Numbered from the stretch's first letter, positions 39,273 through 53,135 are shown. The stretch is 64,000 nucleotides of DNA from Lama glama (GCA_028534125.1 CM052816.1:39868001-39932000), one strand, 5' to 3'. Numbers and translations: made by a program. The notes: generated by a model from the letters alone, not told the origin.

Positions 39273-40474
39273 CTCTGAGACATCATTGAATGTATCTTAA
39301 AAAAGAAATTTTTCTTCTATTCTAGAACTACATAAAATCTAATGGGTGAAGTTCCAGTGTCAAGTGAAGCCATTTTGCACTACGTTATGCGTTAGAGACG
39401 GTGGAGCTTAGTGGTCAGAGGATTGAAAATTTTACATGATCTCAATATGATCTGAGGTGGCTTCTGGAAGAAACTTTAGCAGAGCCTTGAAGGTTGAGTA
39501 ACATTTAGATAGAAGATTAGGGGGTGGGGAGGTGGAATTCTGAATTAAGACCCTGATTTAGACAAAGTGTTGCTGGCAATATGCATAGAATTCTGTAGAG
39601 GTAATGGACTGAATAGTGTGTCTGGAGCAGAAGATTTAATTATGAGAAAAGAGACAATAAGATAAATAAATCTAATGAATATATAACCTGAGCTTCAGCA
39701 ACATGATTTCAAAACTCCAGGCTTTTATAGCTGCTTCGTTTCACCTACATGCCCTGAGCTGGAGGGTAAAATAACATCAGATGGGGTTCAGGAAGTTGTC
39801 AAGCTTACAGACTTTGGAATTTAGGTGATTTAATGATTTTATGCTTCTATGATTTCCCTTCTTCTGTATAATGACTAGTGCTGCTATTATCTTCAATCTT
39901 ATTATAATTTGTATGTCATTTGCCTTTAAATTCCTCATCTTGCCTTCCTGTTTAAAAAAAGAACTTAAAATGCATTATATTCAAATACATGAAATTTGGA
40001 AAGAAAAGAAAAAGGTATTTTTCTTTTATAAAAACGTCAACCTATGAATTTTAGAAATAATAATCCTGTGTTTTTCCAGGGATGGTATAAACTCACTTTC
40101 AATAAGACATTTACTACATGAAAAGACAGAAAGACCTAGAAAATAATACAAAAGAAGACAATAGCACACAAATATAGACTGGAAAGAAATATTCAGTAGC
40201 TTATAATGATCCGAAAATTGAAACTAAAGGCCAAAGAATGTTCATCTCTTGCATAATTGCTACATATTTTATGTTTATGTTTCTTCAACAAAAATTTAGT
40301 TAGTGCAGAACTGAATTTTATGTCCACATTGGTCCCAGAAGTAACCCTTCTGGTTGACAGTTCCATTTTAGCAGATTTAAGTCAATGACTGAAATGGATT
40401 GAGGGCAGAGAAGTATACTAATAATATGACAGTTATCTTTTTACTTGACTTATTAAAATGTCTTGTTTGCAATC

Positions 40475-40808
40475 TGTATCAGTTTTCTAGGGCTGCCATA
40501 AAAAATTACTGCAGACTGGGTGGCATAAGCAACAGAAATTTATTTTCTCACAGTTCTGGACACTGAGTCTGAGATCAGGCTGTCAGCAGTGTTGGTTTCT
40601 TCTGAGACCATTCTTCCTTGCTTGTAGATGGCTGTCTTCTCTTTGTACATGTCTGTGTCCTAATTTCCTCTCCTTTTAAGGACACCAGTCATATTGGATT
40701 AGGGTTCCACCCTAATGACCTCATATTAAATTTATCACCTCTTTAAAGACTCTTTCCCTAAATATAGTTGCATTTGAATTTGAGGGGAACTCAGTTCAGC
40801 CTATAACA
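40475..40808 (-). mobile_element. MaLR solo LTR (MLT1B-like)
   Basis: TG...CA termini; tgtatcagttttctagggctgccata...aacagaaatttattttctcacagttctgga...aaggacaccagtcatattggattaggg...ttcagcctataaca. Confidence 0.88.
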
Positions 40809-41914
40809 TACTCTTTCTGCCAAGCACCCATCTTTTACTTCTTTCAGTAGGAATTGTGAAAAATACGGTTCATGGGACATAATCCTTCCAAATGTATGTT
40901 ATTATTTTGATTAAGTCAAAGGATAGCCCTGAGATCTCTAGGTCTCACTGATAAGACAAAAGTAATTCAGGATATATATCATAGTTAGATTCTAGACCCA
41001 TTTCATCACAATTTCACTGACCTACACAATATCAAGACTAAAATATTTTTATTTACTGTATATCGTTACTACTTGGAACTACAACAACTGTCATTGTGAC
41101 TTCTTTTCTAAAGGTATAAAAGTCTTGAAATACATTATATTCCTAAAATCTTGATTTATAAATATGCTAGTGCTACTGGATTTTCCAGCAGTGTATTCTT
41201 CCTGTTTTTTAGTATGCGTCCAAGAAATATTAATACAAGATGTTTGGATAGATAATACAAGATGTTTGGATGTTTATATATAAGAACTATGTGAGAAAAT
41301 GTCACTTTACTCCACTGACTTAATTTCTGCTTAAAGAAGAGTTTAAAGAACAAGGATAATTTCGAGTTATAGTAGGTTATTAATAATCAACAACCTAAGG
41401 ATGAACAGTCAGCTAAATTTTGACTCATTCAGCAATAGAAGAAACTTTAGTTCACTTCTTGAGTAGCTTCCAGTATCTTGACATTACTATTCCCCATAAA
41501 TAGACATTTTAAAATTACTTAGAATGTAAATATAATGATTTAACATAATTGGCTAATTATACAAATTGGCCTGAGCTCATATTAATTATTTTTTTCTGAA
41601 TAAATGATTTAAGTTAAGGGAAATAAAATATTACTAATTCATTCATTTTCAGAACATCCTCTGGATAGAAAAATGTAAACCATATTTTCAAAAGTATGTT
41701 TTTGGTGTTGCCTGTTGTTTTGAAGTGTTAGAGAATCAAAGTGCTACTAAACATCTAATTAAGAGATATTTGTTAAACTGAGTTTTCTAAAATCTGAGTA
41801 TATTTAAAAATCTCTATTTATTATTTTAGTTTATTTCTTGTGTTATTTCCCCTTCTTTAACCCCAATAAGCTTAATTTCAAAACCTGGTGGGAAACGGCT
41901 GAGATAGTCCAGCT

Positions 41915-42175
41915 GAACCTGAGTTGGTTGTTCCTCAGGTCTTTCCTCCTCACCTTTCTCTGCTCTGTCTTTTGGAGGTGCGGATCTCTGTAGACTGTTT
42001 CCCAGGGTCTGGTGTTGCCTGCTTCTGGGCAGTTTTGGCTAATGGGAGCTTTGCCAGAAGACTGGAGAATGGGATGTGGGATGAGAGGTGAAGGTGGCTG
42101 CTGCTTCTGTCTAGGATACTGGCATTGCTGTCTAGGGCATCTGTGGTTCCCTTCTCCTCTGGGCAGGCCCATTGA
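41915..42175 (-). mobile_element. ERVL-type LTR fragment (LTR33/LTR16-like)
   Basis: Local GC rise; gcctgcttctgggcagttttggctaatgggagc...cagaagactggag resembles the LTR33 CCAAT region in antisense. Confidence 0.5.
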
Positions 42176-42771
42176 TGTTCTCTCTCTAAGAAAAAGAAGT
42201 AATTTTTAGAATTTGTAAAAGTAATTATTTTCTGCTACTTTTGTATTTATATATTCAGAAATAATCAGTATTTTCTGCTAATCCCAACATTTTCAACATG
42301 ATAAACTGTACACTTTTTTGTTAAGACTTTTTAAAGCACACATTTCACTTTTATATTTTCCTTTACTGAACTTTATAGTTTTCTATAACATTCAAATACA
42401 TTTTAATATTTTTTATTTGGGGAAAACATGAAAACTTTGATATATACATTGCAAAGTCACTTCACTTGAGGCTATTATGAAAAAAAAAGAGGAGTGGGAT
42501 TGAAGATTAGAAATTGAGGTAAGAACCAGTCTAAAATAGAGGTTGTTCCAGTGAAGCCTTAAATGAGATACAGAAAATAACAAAAATTAAATTAAGACCT
42601 TTAGGAAAATACTTCCCGGTTTCTTACGAGGGAAGTTTTGAGATACAGTTAAAGAGGATTGTGTAGTAGGAAAGATAGGAATTAAATGGCATAAAATCAG
42701 GTTTATAATGAATATTTGGGTAGATGATACAATCAAAGAGTACAAAATGCTTCTAGTAAAGAAACTATTAG

Positions 42772-43298
42772 TGTGGTGCTCAATATTTAACCCTTCTCCT
42801 CCCATTTTCTTGAACCACAACCTCTGCCTTGATAATGTTCATCAGTGCAAAGTTCCCAACTAAACAGCCTCTCTCCCAGACTCCCTTTTGGCTGTAATTA
42901 TCTATGTAACCAACTTCTAGCCAGTAAGGCATTTGAAAAAGTTGCATGTGGAATTCTTTCTTTCCTTGTTAAAGGGTAGATGACAGTCTACCTGGTGCCA
43001 ATACCTGCCTCCCTTCTTTCTGTCTTAAAAATAGATGTAATGCTTGAAACTAGAGCAAGGATTTTGCAGTGGAGAGGTATAACTTATCAAAAAGCTATCC
43101 TGCTACAGTTGGCAGATTGGCCATGTGGTAGAACAGTACAACACAGGGTCCCTGGTAGTATTTCTGAGGAGCTGAATAAAAGCAACAGCCCTTTTACTTT
43201 AAGGATCTTTGGTCATGTGAGGACAGATAAACACTTGTTTGTTTAAGCCATTGTCAGTCAGATTTCTGTTTCATACATTAGAGTGTATTCCTGATAGA
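42772..43298 (+). mobile_element. MaLR solo LTR (MLT1J-like)
   Basis: ctcccagactcccttttggct...atgtaatgcttgaaactagagca...gggtccctggtag...tttgtttaagccattgtcagtcagatttctgtt. Confidence 0.65.
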
Positions 43299-45777
43299 AT
43301 ATCTTATTGTGTACATTATTAAGAATGAAGTAAAAAAAAAAAAGGGACAGGGTATATTATTCTTACATGTTAAGCAGGAGGTTGCTAGCATTTGTAGGGC
43401 CAATGTGTCTGTGATTATCTTAGCCTTTCCCCCAAGACAGCAAGATTTCTGCTGTAGCTTCAGTCACCACAGAAGCATTTAGAGCAAGAGGAAGAAGTAA
43501 ATACAGAGAATGATGCTAGTGTGTTTTATATTTTGTCTAAGAAAATAAAATATATTCCTGATGACCGTTGTCTCAAGTTCACCCTTTTTATGGGAAAAGG
43601 GAGAAATCAGGGTGTGATTACCACTACTGGTTTGCATTCTGTCACACTAAACCAAATCAGGATTCTATTTTCAAGGACAAAGTAGAGATGGATATTGTTA
43701 AGATAGTGTCTATAAAAAAAACATTCAACAAAGCAGAGGAAATCTCAAGTTACTTCTGTGTACTTTCTTTACATTTGGCAGATAAGAAATAAACAACCAG
43801 ATAAGAAATAAACAACTGTCAAATCTACTCCAATAGGCTGAAACAGATGTTGTAAAAAAAATGGATGAGAGGAAAGAAAGGGGAAGCAGAATAATACTTA
43901 AGCACATCAATAAGACATTTAAAAATAAAGAGAGCAAAGTATAAATATAGTATATTGCACATGGTCTCATTTAAATGTTTTTTCCCAAAAAATTAGTTAC
44001 TGAAATTTCCTTGTTTTTTCTGACAGTCTAAGGATAGAGGTTAAGGGTTCAAATATTTAACATTTAATATATTTTAATATTTCATATTATATGATAATTA
44101 CTAACTTGCTAGTAAAAATGAGTCACTATGTAAATAAATTGATCAATATTTCCAAGCATGTCGAATAAGAAAAAATATTCAATATTATCTTATAAATAAT
44201 ATTATAGATGAATAATATTTTCTAAATTATTGGGATTGTGAACTCTAATATCATCAATTTTATTCAGCAAAATAGTAGCACAGAAAATACAAACAAATGA
44301 CAATTCTTCAAATTTATTTTAGCTTTTGAACATAATTTCTGATTCATATAACAAGGGTCAGAGACTTGAATAAAGTTAATTGACTTCAACTCAAATTGTT
44401 AGGGTAATGACAATGATCATGAAAATGATGGGGATTATATAAATATCTTACATTTTTATTATACTTCCTACAAATTCTTTATGGTGCATTTTATATTTAT
44501 TTTGATGCAGAAGTTATCTTCATTTTACATGTGAGAAAACTGAATTCAAAGATGTCCAATAACTCATCCATAGATCACAGATATCAGGATGCAGAGATAA
44601 GAACATTCATTATGGATTTCTAAAATCTGTTTTGAAAACTTAACCATCTATACTCCAGGGAGCAGACATGTTGGACTCTTTCAGTAAGTTATTTGGAGGG
44701 AGAAGATTACTGTGATTCAGTATTACACACATGGTGTAACACAAATGTTTAATTTTAGTGTAACATAAATGTAATTTCTGTATAGTTCAGGAACAAGAAG
44801 ATAAATAACTTACTAAAATAAAAGACTATTTCTTCTCTTGTTAAAATGTGATATTATAGCTAAGAAATACTAAAGATATTATAATTTAATGAAGATACAT
44901 CCTATAAGAAGCTTATAGAATTTAGATTTTGTTTTTGTTTTTGTTTTTGAATTACTTGACTCTGTTTTAACAAAGAGGATTTTTTTTTGTCCTTATAACT
45001 CCTAGTAGACATTAGGTGAGCATGAGGTTCAGTGGATTAAGAAAGGGTTTAGAATAAAAGATATCATTTGAATTTAATATATTTGATCTGTCTAAAGAAT
45101 TTGAGATAAGTTAAGTATCTCCCTTTACACAAATTAATAAGCTCTTAGATTCATCATAATAAAATATTTGAGGAATCATTTATGGTAAATTTTAAGAGCA
45201 CTTATCTTTGTGATCTAAAAATATAATCAATAAGGAATTTTAAGAACAATGACTTTCCATACTCTGGATTAAATTCAGACATTTACCATCACACAAAAGA
45301 TATATCATAAAATGCAGAATTTTAGAATTGCAAGGTACTACAAAAATTATTGAAGCATCTTCATTTTACAGTGTGAAACTCTGGCCCAATTAGATTAAAT
45401 GATTTATCCAAGTCCTCAGAGCTATTTAATAAATCCAGGACAGAAGCCCACTGTTCTGACCGCAAAAAGGCAAGAGTTCATCTAACATTTTTAAGTTTTG
45501 CTAAATACCTGGTATTTTATCTACAATACCTACACAACATGTGAATTTTGAAGGATGTCTGCTAGTCAGTTTAACACAGTTCTACTGTAAATTCGGGGGT
45601 ATATTTAACATACTTTACTGTATGTCTTAACAATCAGAATAAAAAGCTAGGAAAATGTTGTTTTGAGGTAATGTTAAGTTTTCAATAGATATCAATTCTG
45701 CACATCCTAATGTTTATTTTTTATTCTGCTACATGACTAGAAAAAAATCCTCATTGTCTGGAATTGCAGAGAGTACA

Positions 45778-46090
45778 TTTCTTAGTCTTGTTTGGGGCCA
45801 GTATAACAAAATGCCACAGAAACTTGCTTCTCACAGTTGTGGAAGCTGAGAAGTCCAAAATCATGGCATCTACCTGGTCCTGTTCTGGTAAAGGCCCTCT
45901 TCCTGCTTTACAGTAGGTGCCTTCTCTCTGTGCCCTCACAGGGTGGAAAGGGCTAGGGATCTCTGTGTGGTCTCTTTTGAAAGAACACTATCCCATTCAT
46001 GAATAGTATCACCTCCTAGTACCATCGTCTTTGAGGATTAGGATTTCTGCATATAAATTTTGGGAGGAAACAAACATTCAGACCATAGCA
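45778..46090 (-). mobile_element. MaLR solo LTR (MLT1A-like)
   Basis: tcttagtcttgtttgggg...tctcacagttgtggaagctgagaagtccaaaatca...ttttgggaggaaacaaacattcagaccatagca. Confidence 0.88.
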
Positions 46091-46950
46091 GTTCATTTAC
46101 ATGTCAGAGGCTTTCAACAGTCTGGAATGAATGGCTATATTTCACTAAGTAGGATGTTTTGATTTCTGCTTTTGTGATACTCTGTTGTAACCTTTAATCC
46201 AGGTTATTCTGAGAGATGTGTGTGTGAGACTTTTCTGAGTATTCCACGAAAGAGTGTTTTCTAGTCTCCAATTGTGAGGGCCTATGTGCCTCACTCTACT
46301 GCAAGGCCATTGGCTAAGGTCCAAGAGTCAAAAATACTCCCAAACTCCCAAGTGGGTGTTATTGAGCTTTCCTCCCACACTGTATAAACACAATGCTCAG
46401 CTGTATCCATTGTGCAGTCTTTAACTCATTCCATCATGGTATATCATTACCATTTCCAAACAATATCACACTGAACCCAGGGATTCTCATCAGTGGATTC
46501 AGCAGTGTGGACAGGGAAAAATCATGAGTTTAGATATACAACAACATAGCAGGGGAGTCCTGGAAGGCTCAATTTTTGGCACCATGGGGAATGAAGCAGT
46601 GTGCTCCTGTATATTACTCTATTTCCCTCAGCTGTAGGCTATTCAGCACACCATTTCCACTTCAATTACTTAGTTTCTTTTTTTCTTCAAAAATTTCTCT
46701 TCATTACTTAAGACATGATAAATGTTCCTGGTCTTCAGATTATCTGATGTCTTTCCATGATGGAGTCCTTTCGACCAAAACTCAACAACACCTAGCAATT
46801 GTCTTTTGAGTAGTCTTTAAGGCACCATTGACATCCCAAACCCCAGAAGTGTCCTCCAAGTCGTGGCATTCGAGTGTTGCTAGTGACTCAGTTCTGCATG
46901 CTGTGTCAAATAATCTGAGGGGCTGGGAAGCCACTTAGACCGTAGAGCCC
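46091..46950 (-). mobile_element. Decayed class-III endogenous retrovirus (ERV-L-like) pol fragment: tether plus RNase H
   Basis: Collinear minus-strand motifs: LLGFG (cf. PLGFW), KRQLL..*VLVE at ~46807-46770 (cf. ERQLLACYWALVE), LKWKW at 46665-46651 (cf. IKWKWYI), IQEHTASFP, TAQWIQL at 46418-46398 (cf. SSQWAEL), DSWTLANGLA at 46329-46300 (cf. DSWAVANGLA). Multiple stops and frameshifts. Confidence 0.85.
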
Positions 46951-47939
46951 TGTAAGTCTGTTAATGCTAATTTTTGCTTAGTGCACCGTTAAAGATTAAA
47001 ACCTGATGAATTTGTAATAGGGACCAGCCTTTCTCTTAAACAAGGAATGTGATTTCCTCAAAATTAATGAGTCTCACATGTTTTGGGGCATACTCTTTAG
47101 TAATAAAATAAATGAGAAGTTATTTATTTTCTTCATTTGAGGGATACGTGTGGTTTCTCTGACCCACTTAATTCCAAAATTTTCATACTGAGTCAGACCC
47201 GCCTAGGTTTATGAGACAAATATTTTCACAGATGGGTCACTAGACTCACATTTCTTTCTTTGAGGAGACAATTATGATGCTACTATCAGTTGATGCACTA
47301 ACTTACCCTTAATTGCCATCAAGTCCGAATTCTGCCATACTAGATTATGTCAGTATGCCAGTGAACTTAAATATTTCTGTGGCAAAACCACAAACGTATA
47401 TTGAATGACTCCATGAAAGGCACAATTTGAATTTTCATAGATTGACAATCTGGGTTCCAAGATGGATCAGAAAGAAGACATCAACCAAAGTTTTTATGGC
47501 CTGAGTTAGTGTCCTGAGCTATTCTTGGATAAAAATTAGTTATAAATCTTATATTTTTAAAAAATACACTACAGATTTGAGATAATTTAAATGAACAAAT
47601 CAAGATTCTGAACATTCTGATGAAAAATCAAGGTTGAAAATTTGTTTTCAAGAAACTAACATTTATGAGCTAATTCAGATGATAAGATCACTATTCTGAG
47701 TTATTTTTATGTAAAACCTGACATGATATAATAGTTTCAGAAATTATTTTGAGATCATTTTAATGAAAAAACCTAATTCTTAAATTTTTACTGAAACCTA
47801 ATGTTTTAAAGCAGTGGCTAATTGTATGATCTCAGTTGACTTTTGGAAGTACTGACTGCGTAACTCTTTGTTCTGGGCAGGGTCAGAATTGATCTATATG
47901 ATGATACTCTAAATTGTCAAAATTTTACTTTCTTCATTG

Positions 47940-48752
47940 ATTCATCAACATTTGAGACAGTTTATCATAACTGTTGCTGGAAGTATTTCCTTCATCTCAG
48001 CTTTAAAGTCGTGACACTCCTGGTTTTTCTCCTCTTGCAACCACTCCAGTCCAAGTTTGTAAAATTTCTCTCCTCTGAGCTATTCTAGTAGACTTCTAAA
48101 TTGCCTTCATTCACCATCCCTGAAATGTATGCACAATACAGCAGTCAAAGTGAATCAACTAGAATATGTCAGATTCTGAGATTTCTTGACTCAAAACCCT
48201 CTCGTGGCTTCCCATCTCTCTAAGAGTAAAAGCCACTACCCTTAAAATGATCTATAAGCAACTATGTCTTCTAAGCTCATGTTATTACCTCTTTGACTTC
48301 ATCTTCTGTTATTCTGTCTCCTCATTCTGATCAAGCCATAGTGGCCAACTTGCTGGTCTACAATCATGTCAGGCAAGCTCTTACCTCAGTGCTTTGCACG
48401 TACTTGTTTTCCTTGAGTGTTGTTATTTCCCCAGATGTTAGCATGACTTGTTCGTACACTTCTTGCACTTTGTCACTAAAATGTCACCTCTTCAGTAAAG
48501 CTTTCTCTAGGTACCCAGTTTTTCTCCTATGCTTAATTATTCCTGTCCTCCTTCCCCACATTATTTTGTTGCTTTCCAGTTGCTTCTGTAAATTTTTATT
48601 TATTTTGCTTATCCATGTGCCTGGTTAGTTTTCTCTCTAATTTAACATTATTTATGTTATGCAAGAATAAAGATTTTTCTTTACATGTTTACTGGTAAAT
48701 TAGCACGTCCTAGACAATGAATAACAATACATACTTTTGTTAATGACTGAAT
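47940..48752 (+). mobile_element. L2 LINE 3' portion
   Basis: gtgacactcctggtttttctcct; actcaaaaccctctcgtggcttcccatctctctaagagtaaaagcc; aaatgtcacctcttcagtaaagctttctct; ends tgttaatgactgaat. Confidence 0.75.
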
Positions 48753-49693
48753 TATTTTCTTTCTCAGACATTCTGTCTGTGCCATAGAAATCTGTATGGA
48801 AGTAAGCTTGCATAGGGAAATTAATGCTCAGCAAGGGTAAAAACCTTGCACATTATTTCTACTCATTTGTAGTATATGTACTAGCAAAAATAATGGCAAT
48901 TTTAATGGACACTATGGATATATATGCACTATGTGTTTTCAAAGAACTCTTAAATCTGTGATGTGATTAAAACATCAACAACAAAAAATTTCAAGTAACA
49001 CTTCAACACACAGAAAAATACACTTTGCTACATTTTTAAAAGACTAACTTCCCCTTTTGAAAACATCAAATGACATTGTTTAATGGTGAGAATTTACTTC
49101 TTTCTAATTTTGAGAGGATTTTGTTTGCTTGCTGTTTTCTTAGTTTATTTGCTATATTTGTTAATATTGTTATAAATATAACCCAAAATTAAGGACACAG
49201 GCTTGATATGGTGATAATCATAGAGATGCAAGGTGAAGCAATAAATGGAATGTTGTATTAAGTAGACACACTGACTAGGAATATTAGCAGGAAAAAAAAA
49301 CTTACTAGCTCCTGGAAATTTTCAAGATGTGCTAGGAGGTAAGGCCTCTGACTTCATATGGTTGTTCTGCAGTGTATAAAGCATTATTAAGCTTCCTTTA
49401 CATTTTACAGAATGTTTTTAGGTAAATACTTGACTAAAATCAAACAATTTTAATTGTACAAGTTATATCCAACTGGTATTCTAAATAATTCAAACATGAA
49501 TGTTTAGCTCATGTTTCCTATTTAATAAGTGACAAAGAAGATATCCATACTTGATAATAACATTGTGCACTGCAGTATATACAATTTGTTCATCTTTTCC
49601 CTTTTAGTTGTCATTTGGACTCAGTCCAGTAGGCTCATCAGTTGTGATGAATGTAGAACGTACCACTTTGGTAGAGTGTGGAGGCAGGAGGTG

Positions 49694-50052
49694 TCCTGTG
49701 GTTCTGCATGTTTGTGTCACCCAAAATTCGTATGTAGAAACCTTCACCCCCTCAGTGAGGTATTTGGAGAAGGAGTCTTTGTGATGTGATTAGACCATGA
49801 GGCCTCTATCATTAGGGCTCCGTCCATGGTGCTGATAACCTTGTAAAAGAGACCCCAGAGAACCAGCTAGTCTCTCCCACCGTGTAAGGCTGCAGTGAGA
49901 AGACAGCCATATGTTGAAGACACAGGCTCTCCCCAGCCACTGGGCAGTGCCATTGGCATCACTGTGAACTTCCCAGCCTCCAGAACAGTGAGAAATAAAC
50001 TTCTGTTGTTCATAAGCCACCCAGGTTATGAAATTTGGTTATAACTGTCTGT
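49694..50052 (+). mobile_element. MaLR solo LTR (MLT1A/MST-like)
   Basis: atgtttgtgtcacccaaaattcgtatgtagaaacct...acttcccagcctccagaacagtgagaaataaacttctgttgttcataagccaccca. Confidence 0.88.
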
Positions 50053-50099
50053 GTGTTAGTTTGTTTCTTTCCACCAAGTGTTTAACAGAGGAGCAACAA

Positions 50100-50850
50100 A
50101 ACTTACTTCCATTTTCTCTTTGACCCCTAAGTTATTTGTAAGTGTATTGTTCTTCAATTTCCAAGCATTTGATTATTCTCTAAAAAATTTTTTTATGAAT
50201 TTATATATTAATTCCATTGGTATCAAATAACATGTTCTATACATACATTTTCATCCTTTTACTTTCAGTAAGATATGCTTTTTAGCCTAGGCCATAGTAA
50301 ATCATGGTAAAAGTCACATGTATAATATATGAGGTTCTTTCTGCTACTGATAAATTCTCTGTTCACTATATTGTGCCAGTTCTGTCCATGTTATTGTTCA
50401 AATCTCATACCCTCACTGATTTTTTCTGCATTTTTATATCACTTTTTTGAGAACAGTGTCTTAAAATAGTCTCTTATTTTTGAGAATTTTGTAGTTCTTA
50501 TTTTAGTTTTGCCATTTTTCTATTTTATCAGTATGTTATTTGTTGCATATGGTGTACACTTAATTTGAGGAAGAAGGACTGTTTTCATGTTATGAAAGTC
50601 CTCTCTTTTTCTCAAATACTTGCATTCAAGTCTACTGTGTATGATACTACTTTAAAGTTTGCATATTATGTTATTTTGAACATATTTTTACTTTCAATAT
50701 TTTGTGTAACTATTTATATGATACTCTATTAAAAGAAGCATCTTGTAGGCTCTGTTTTTTTTTTAATTCAACTCTGGCCATCTTTTGTCTTTTAACTGAG
50801 GTTTTTTTGTCTTTTCACATCTTATGTAATTATTGATACAATGTGTTTGA
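50100..50850 (-). mobile_element. Very old L1 fragment
   Basis: T-rich degenerate antisense L1 text (ttaattccattggtatcaaataacatg; attcaactctggccatcttttgtcttttaactgag). Confidence 0.55.
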
Positions 50851-50852
50851 AT

Positions 50853-51555
50853 CAGCAGTGTGCTGGTAAACGTTTAATAATTGCCTTTCAAAAACTCATA
50901 TATATACACATATAACTGCCTATGTGTATATAATTCATATATTATAAACTGTATTGATACATAAGATGTGTAGAATATAATTTTTAAATAATACTAAATT
51001 TTAATACTAAACTATACAAAATAATAAATTATACATAGGCAGTTCATTCTTACTAAGTGTTATCATTGCTTTTTTGCCAAACTGTTGTATTTGGTATCAA
51101 ATTGCGATTATAAATGATGAATGAGTATAATTCTAACATAAATGTCTGGTGATATTTTTATTTTTATGAGAGAGACAGAAGTGTAACAGAAAACATATGT
51201 CAGAATTTCACTCTTCTATCAATGATCTGAACAACTTCTTTGCTGAATTAAATGATAGTTTATAAATACTGGAAGAACATTTTCTTAAAATGTTGTGCTA
51301 TTCACAATGCAGTAGTTACAGACAGGACGCATTTTTAAGTTTAATGTTGCATTATTGTCACTTTTGAAAGTCTGGACAACTAAGACAGTAAATTAAGCCT
51401 TGATCTGTATGATTTGTTAATTTTTGTGATATAAGTACTCCACCATGGCAGACTTTAAGCTATCATCATGACATCACTGACTATGTGTCGCACAGATAAG
51501 TGCAGTAGCAGCCCATTTAACATAACCTTTCCACCAAACAGATACAATAGATAGA
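50853..51555. mobile_element. MER63-like hAT (Blackjack-group) DNA transposon fossil
   Basis: Starts cagcagtgtgctggtaaacgtttaataa; contains aagccttgatctgta...agtactccaccatggcagactttaagctatcatcatgacatcactga. Confidence 0.7.
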
Positions 51556-52888
51556 GCGTGGCATTTTTTTCTCCTTATCCTAACATGCTGTATGTCATAA
51601 AGAAAATATTCTGAAATGTGAATTTTTTGGTAACTTTTATTACACTTCTAGTCAGGTGGAAGAAATTTCTCATGTAACTCAAGAGTACAGCCTGTCACAA
51701 AATGTGATAAGCACCTTGAAAATTTATGTACTATGACCATATTTTCTCCTCCCTCTTTTTTTAAGAAGACAACCTTCTGCTTTAGAATGCTATCGAAGTC
51801 TTAGAGACGCAACAAAGACTTTTTTTGGCACCAATACATTTGTAGAATTGTCTACAAAACAAGCAATTTGTCAGTTGAGCCAATGTGATTAGACGTTTAA
51901 TTTTATGACGATTACCTTCCTTTCCCAAATAAACAAAATCATTAGAGAAAACAGTAAGTCACAATCTGTTTAATACTCTTCAAACCTTCCTGTTGATATA
52001 GGTTTAGGACTGGGCAACTTCAGTAAGGATCATCTTGCTTTTAGAGTAATTGCAGTTTAAATGTGATCTCAGAGCAGAACAACCCTGATAATTAACCACC
52101 TTGCTTTTGGAAAACCTTTTTATCAATGTGTCTTTGAAGCAGAACTAAAAGGAAATAAAATAATTTTCAGCATACTTTTTTTTTCTAACATGGTTTGTCC
52201 CAATTAATTTGCTGAATATAGGACATCCAATGAACCAGTATTCATGTTATTTTAATGCACTAAAAACATAGCTTTGTTTGCTGCATTTTATGTTCCTTTC
52301 AGCAACAGAGAATTATTGTTATCAACCATTTTCATAAAGCTTGTGCTTTTCTGAGTGTTTTATGGAAGATTTTATTATGTTTTACTCTTCCTAGCCTTGA
52401 AAATTAGGCTAATATGTCATACCCATTTTATTGAGTACTTCAAAATCTACTTCTTTATATCTCCTCTGAAAACAACTGAATATTATATTTTGGTCATCAC
52501 TTTTATGACAGTGAGTGAATAGGCCAAACTAGATCAGACAAAGCAAATGTTACATCTCTGCCATATCTACACTCTGACTGCTTGAGGTATTCTGAAGACA
52601 GTGGCTCTGCCCTCCAAGTGCTGTGCCAGGTGTATTATCTAAGGCTACCACTGTGAATCAAGCTCCCCAAAGTTAATGACTTTGACTTCAAATGAGCTAG
52701 CAACATATACTATGTTAGGGATTAAAAGGATTATATTAGGACAATTTTCAAATTAGAGATCAGAAGAGATTCTCTCCTCTTTGCTATAATCATTAATTAG
52801 TAAGTATTTTTAAAAACAAGTAAATGAATAAAATGTTGGGATCTCTTACAGAGAAGAAATATTCAATTAAGTCTCTTAATTCAATAAA

Positions 52889-53135
52889 GTTAATACATAT
52901 TATTAATTTATTAATTAAATGTCTTTCAAAAGTCAGCTTCTCATACTGAGCATCATTTTATGAGAATATTCTCTGTTGAAATGTTATAGGAAATTACAAA
53001 ATAAATTAAAAGTTCATCATTTTGTTTGTTTATCATTATTACCTTTAAAAACGTTGAAAAAACTTTTTTACTCCAAAGTGCTCTAACCATAGTAATATTT
53101 ACTTCTTAATTTTAGCAGATGATAAGTGAGTATCA
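52889..53135. repeat. Copy A of an old dispersed ~240-bp duplication (partner 55684-55923)
   Basis: Collinear shared blocks: agttaata, tgtctttcaaaa, ttctcat, aggaaatt, gttgaa, aagtgctct.accatag.aa.a.tta, cttaatttta.cag. Confidence 0.75.
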
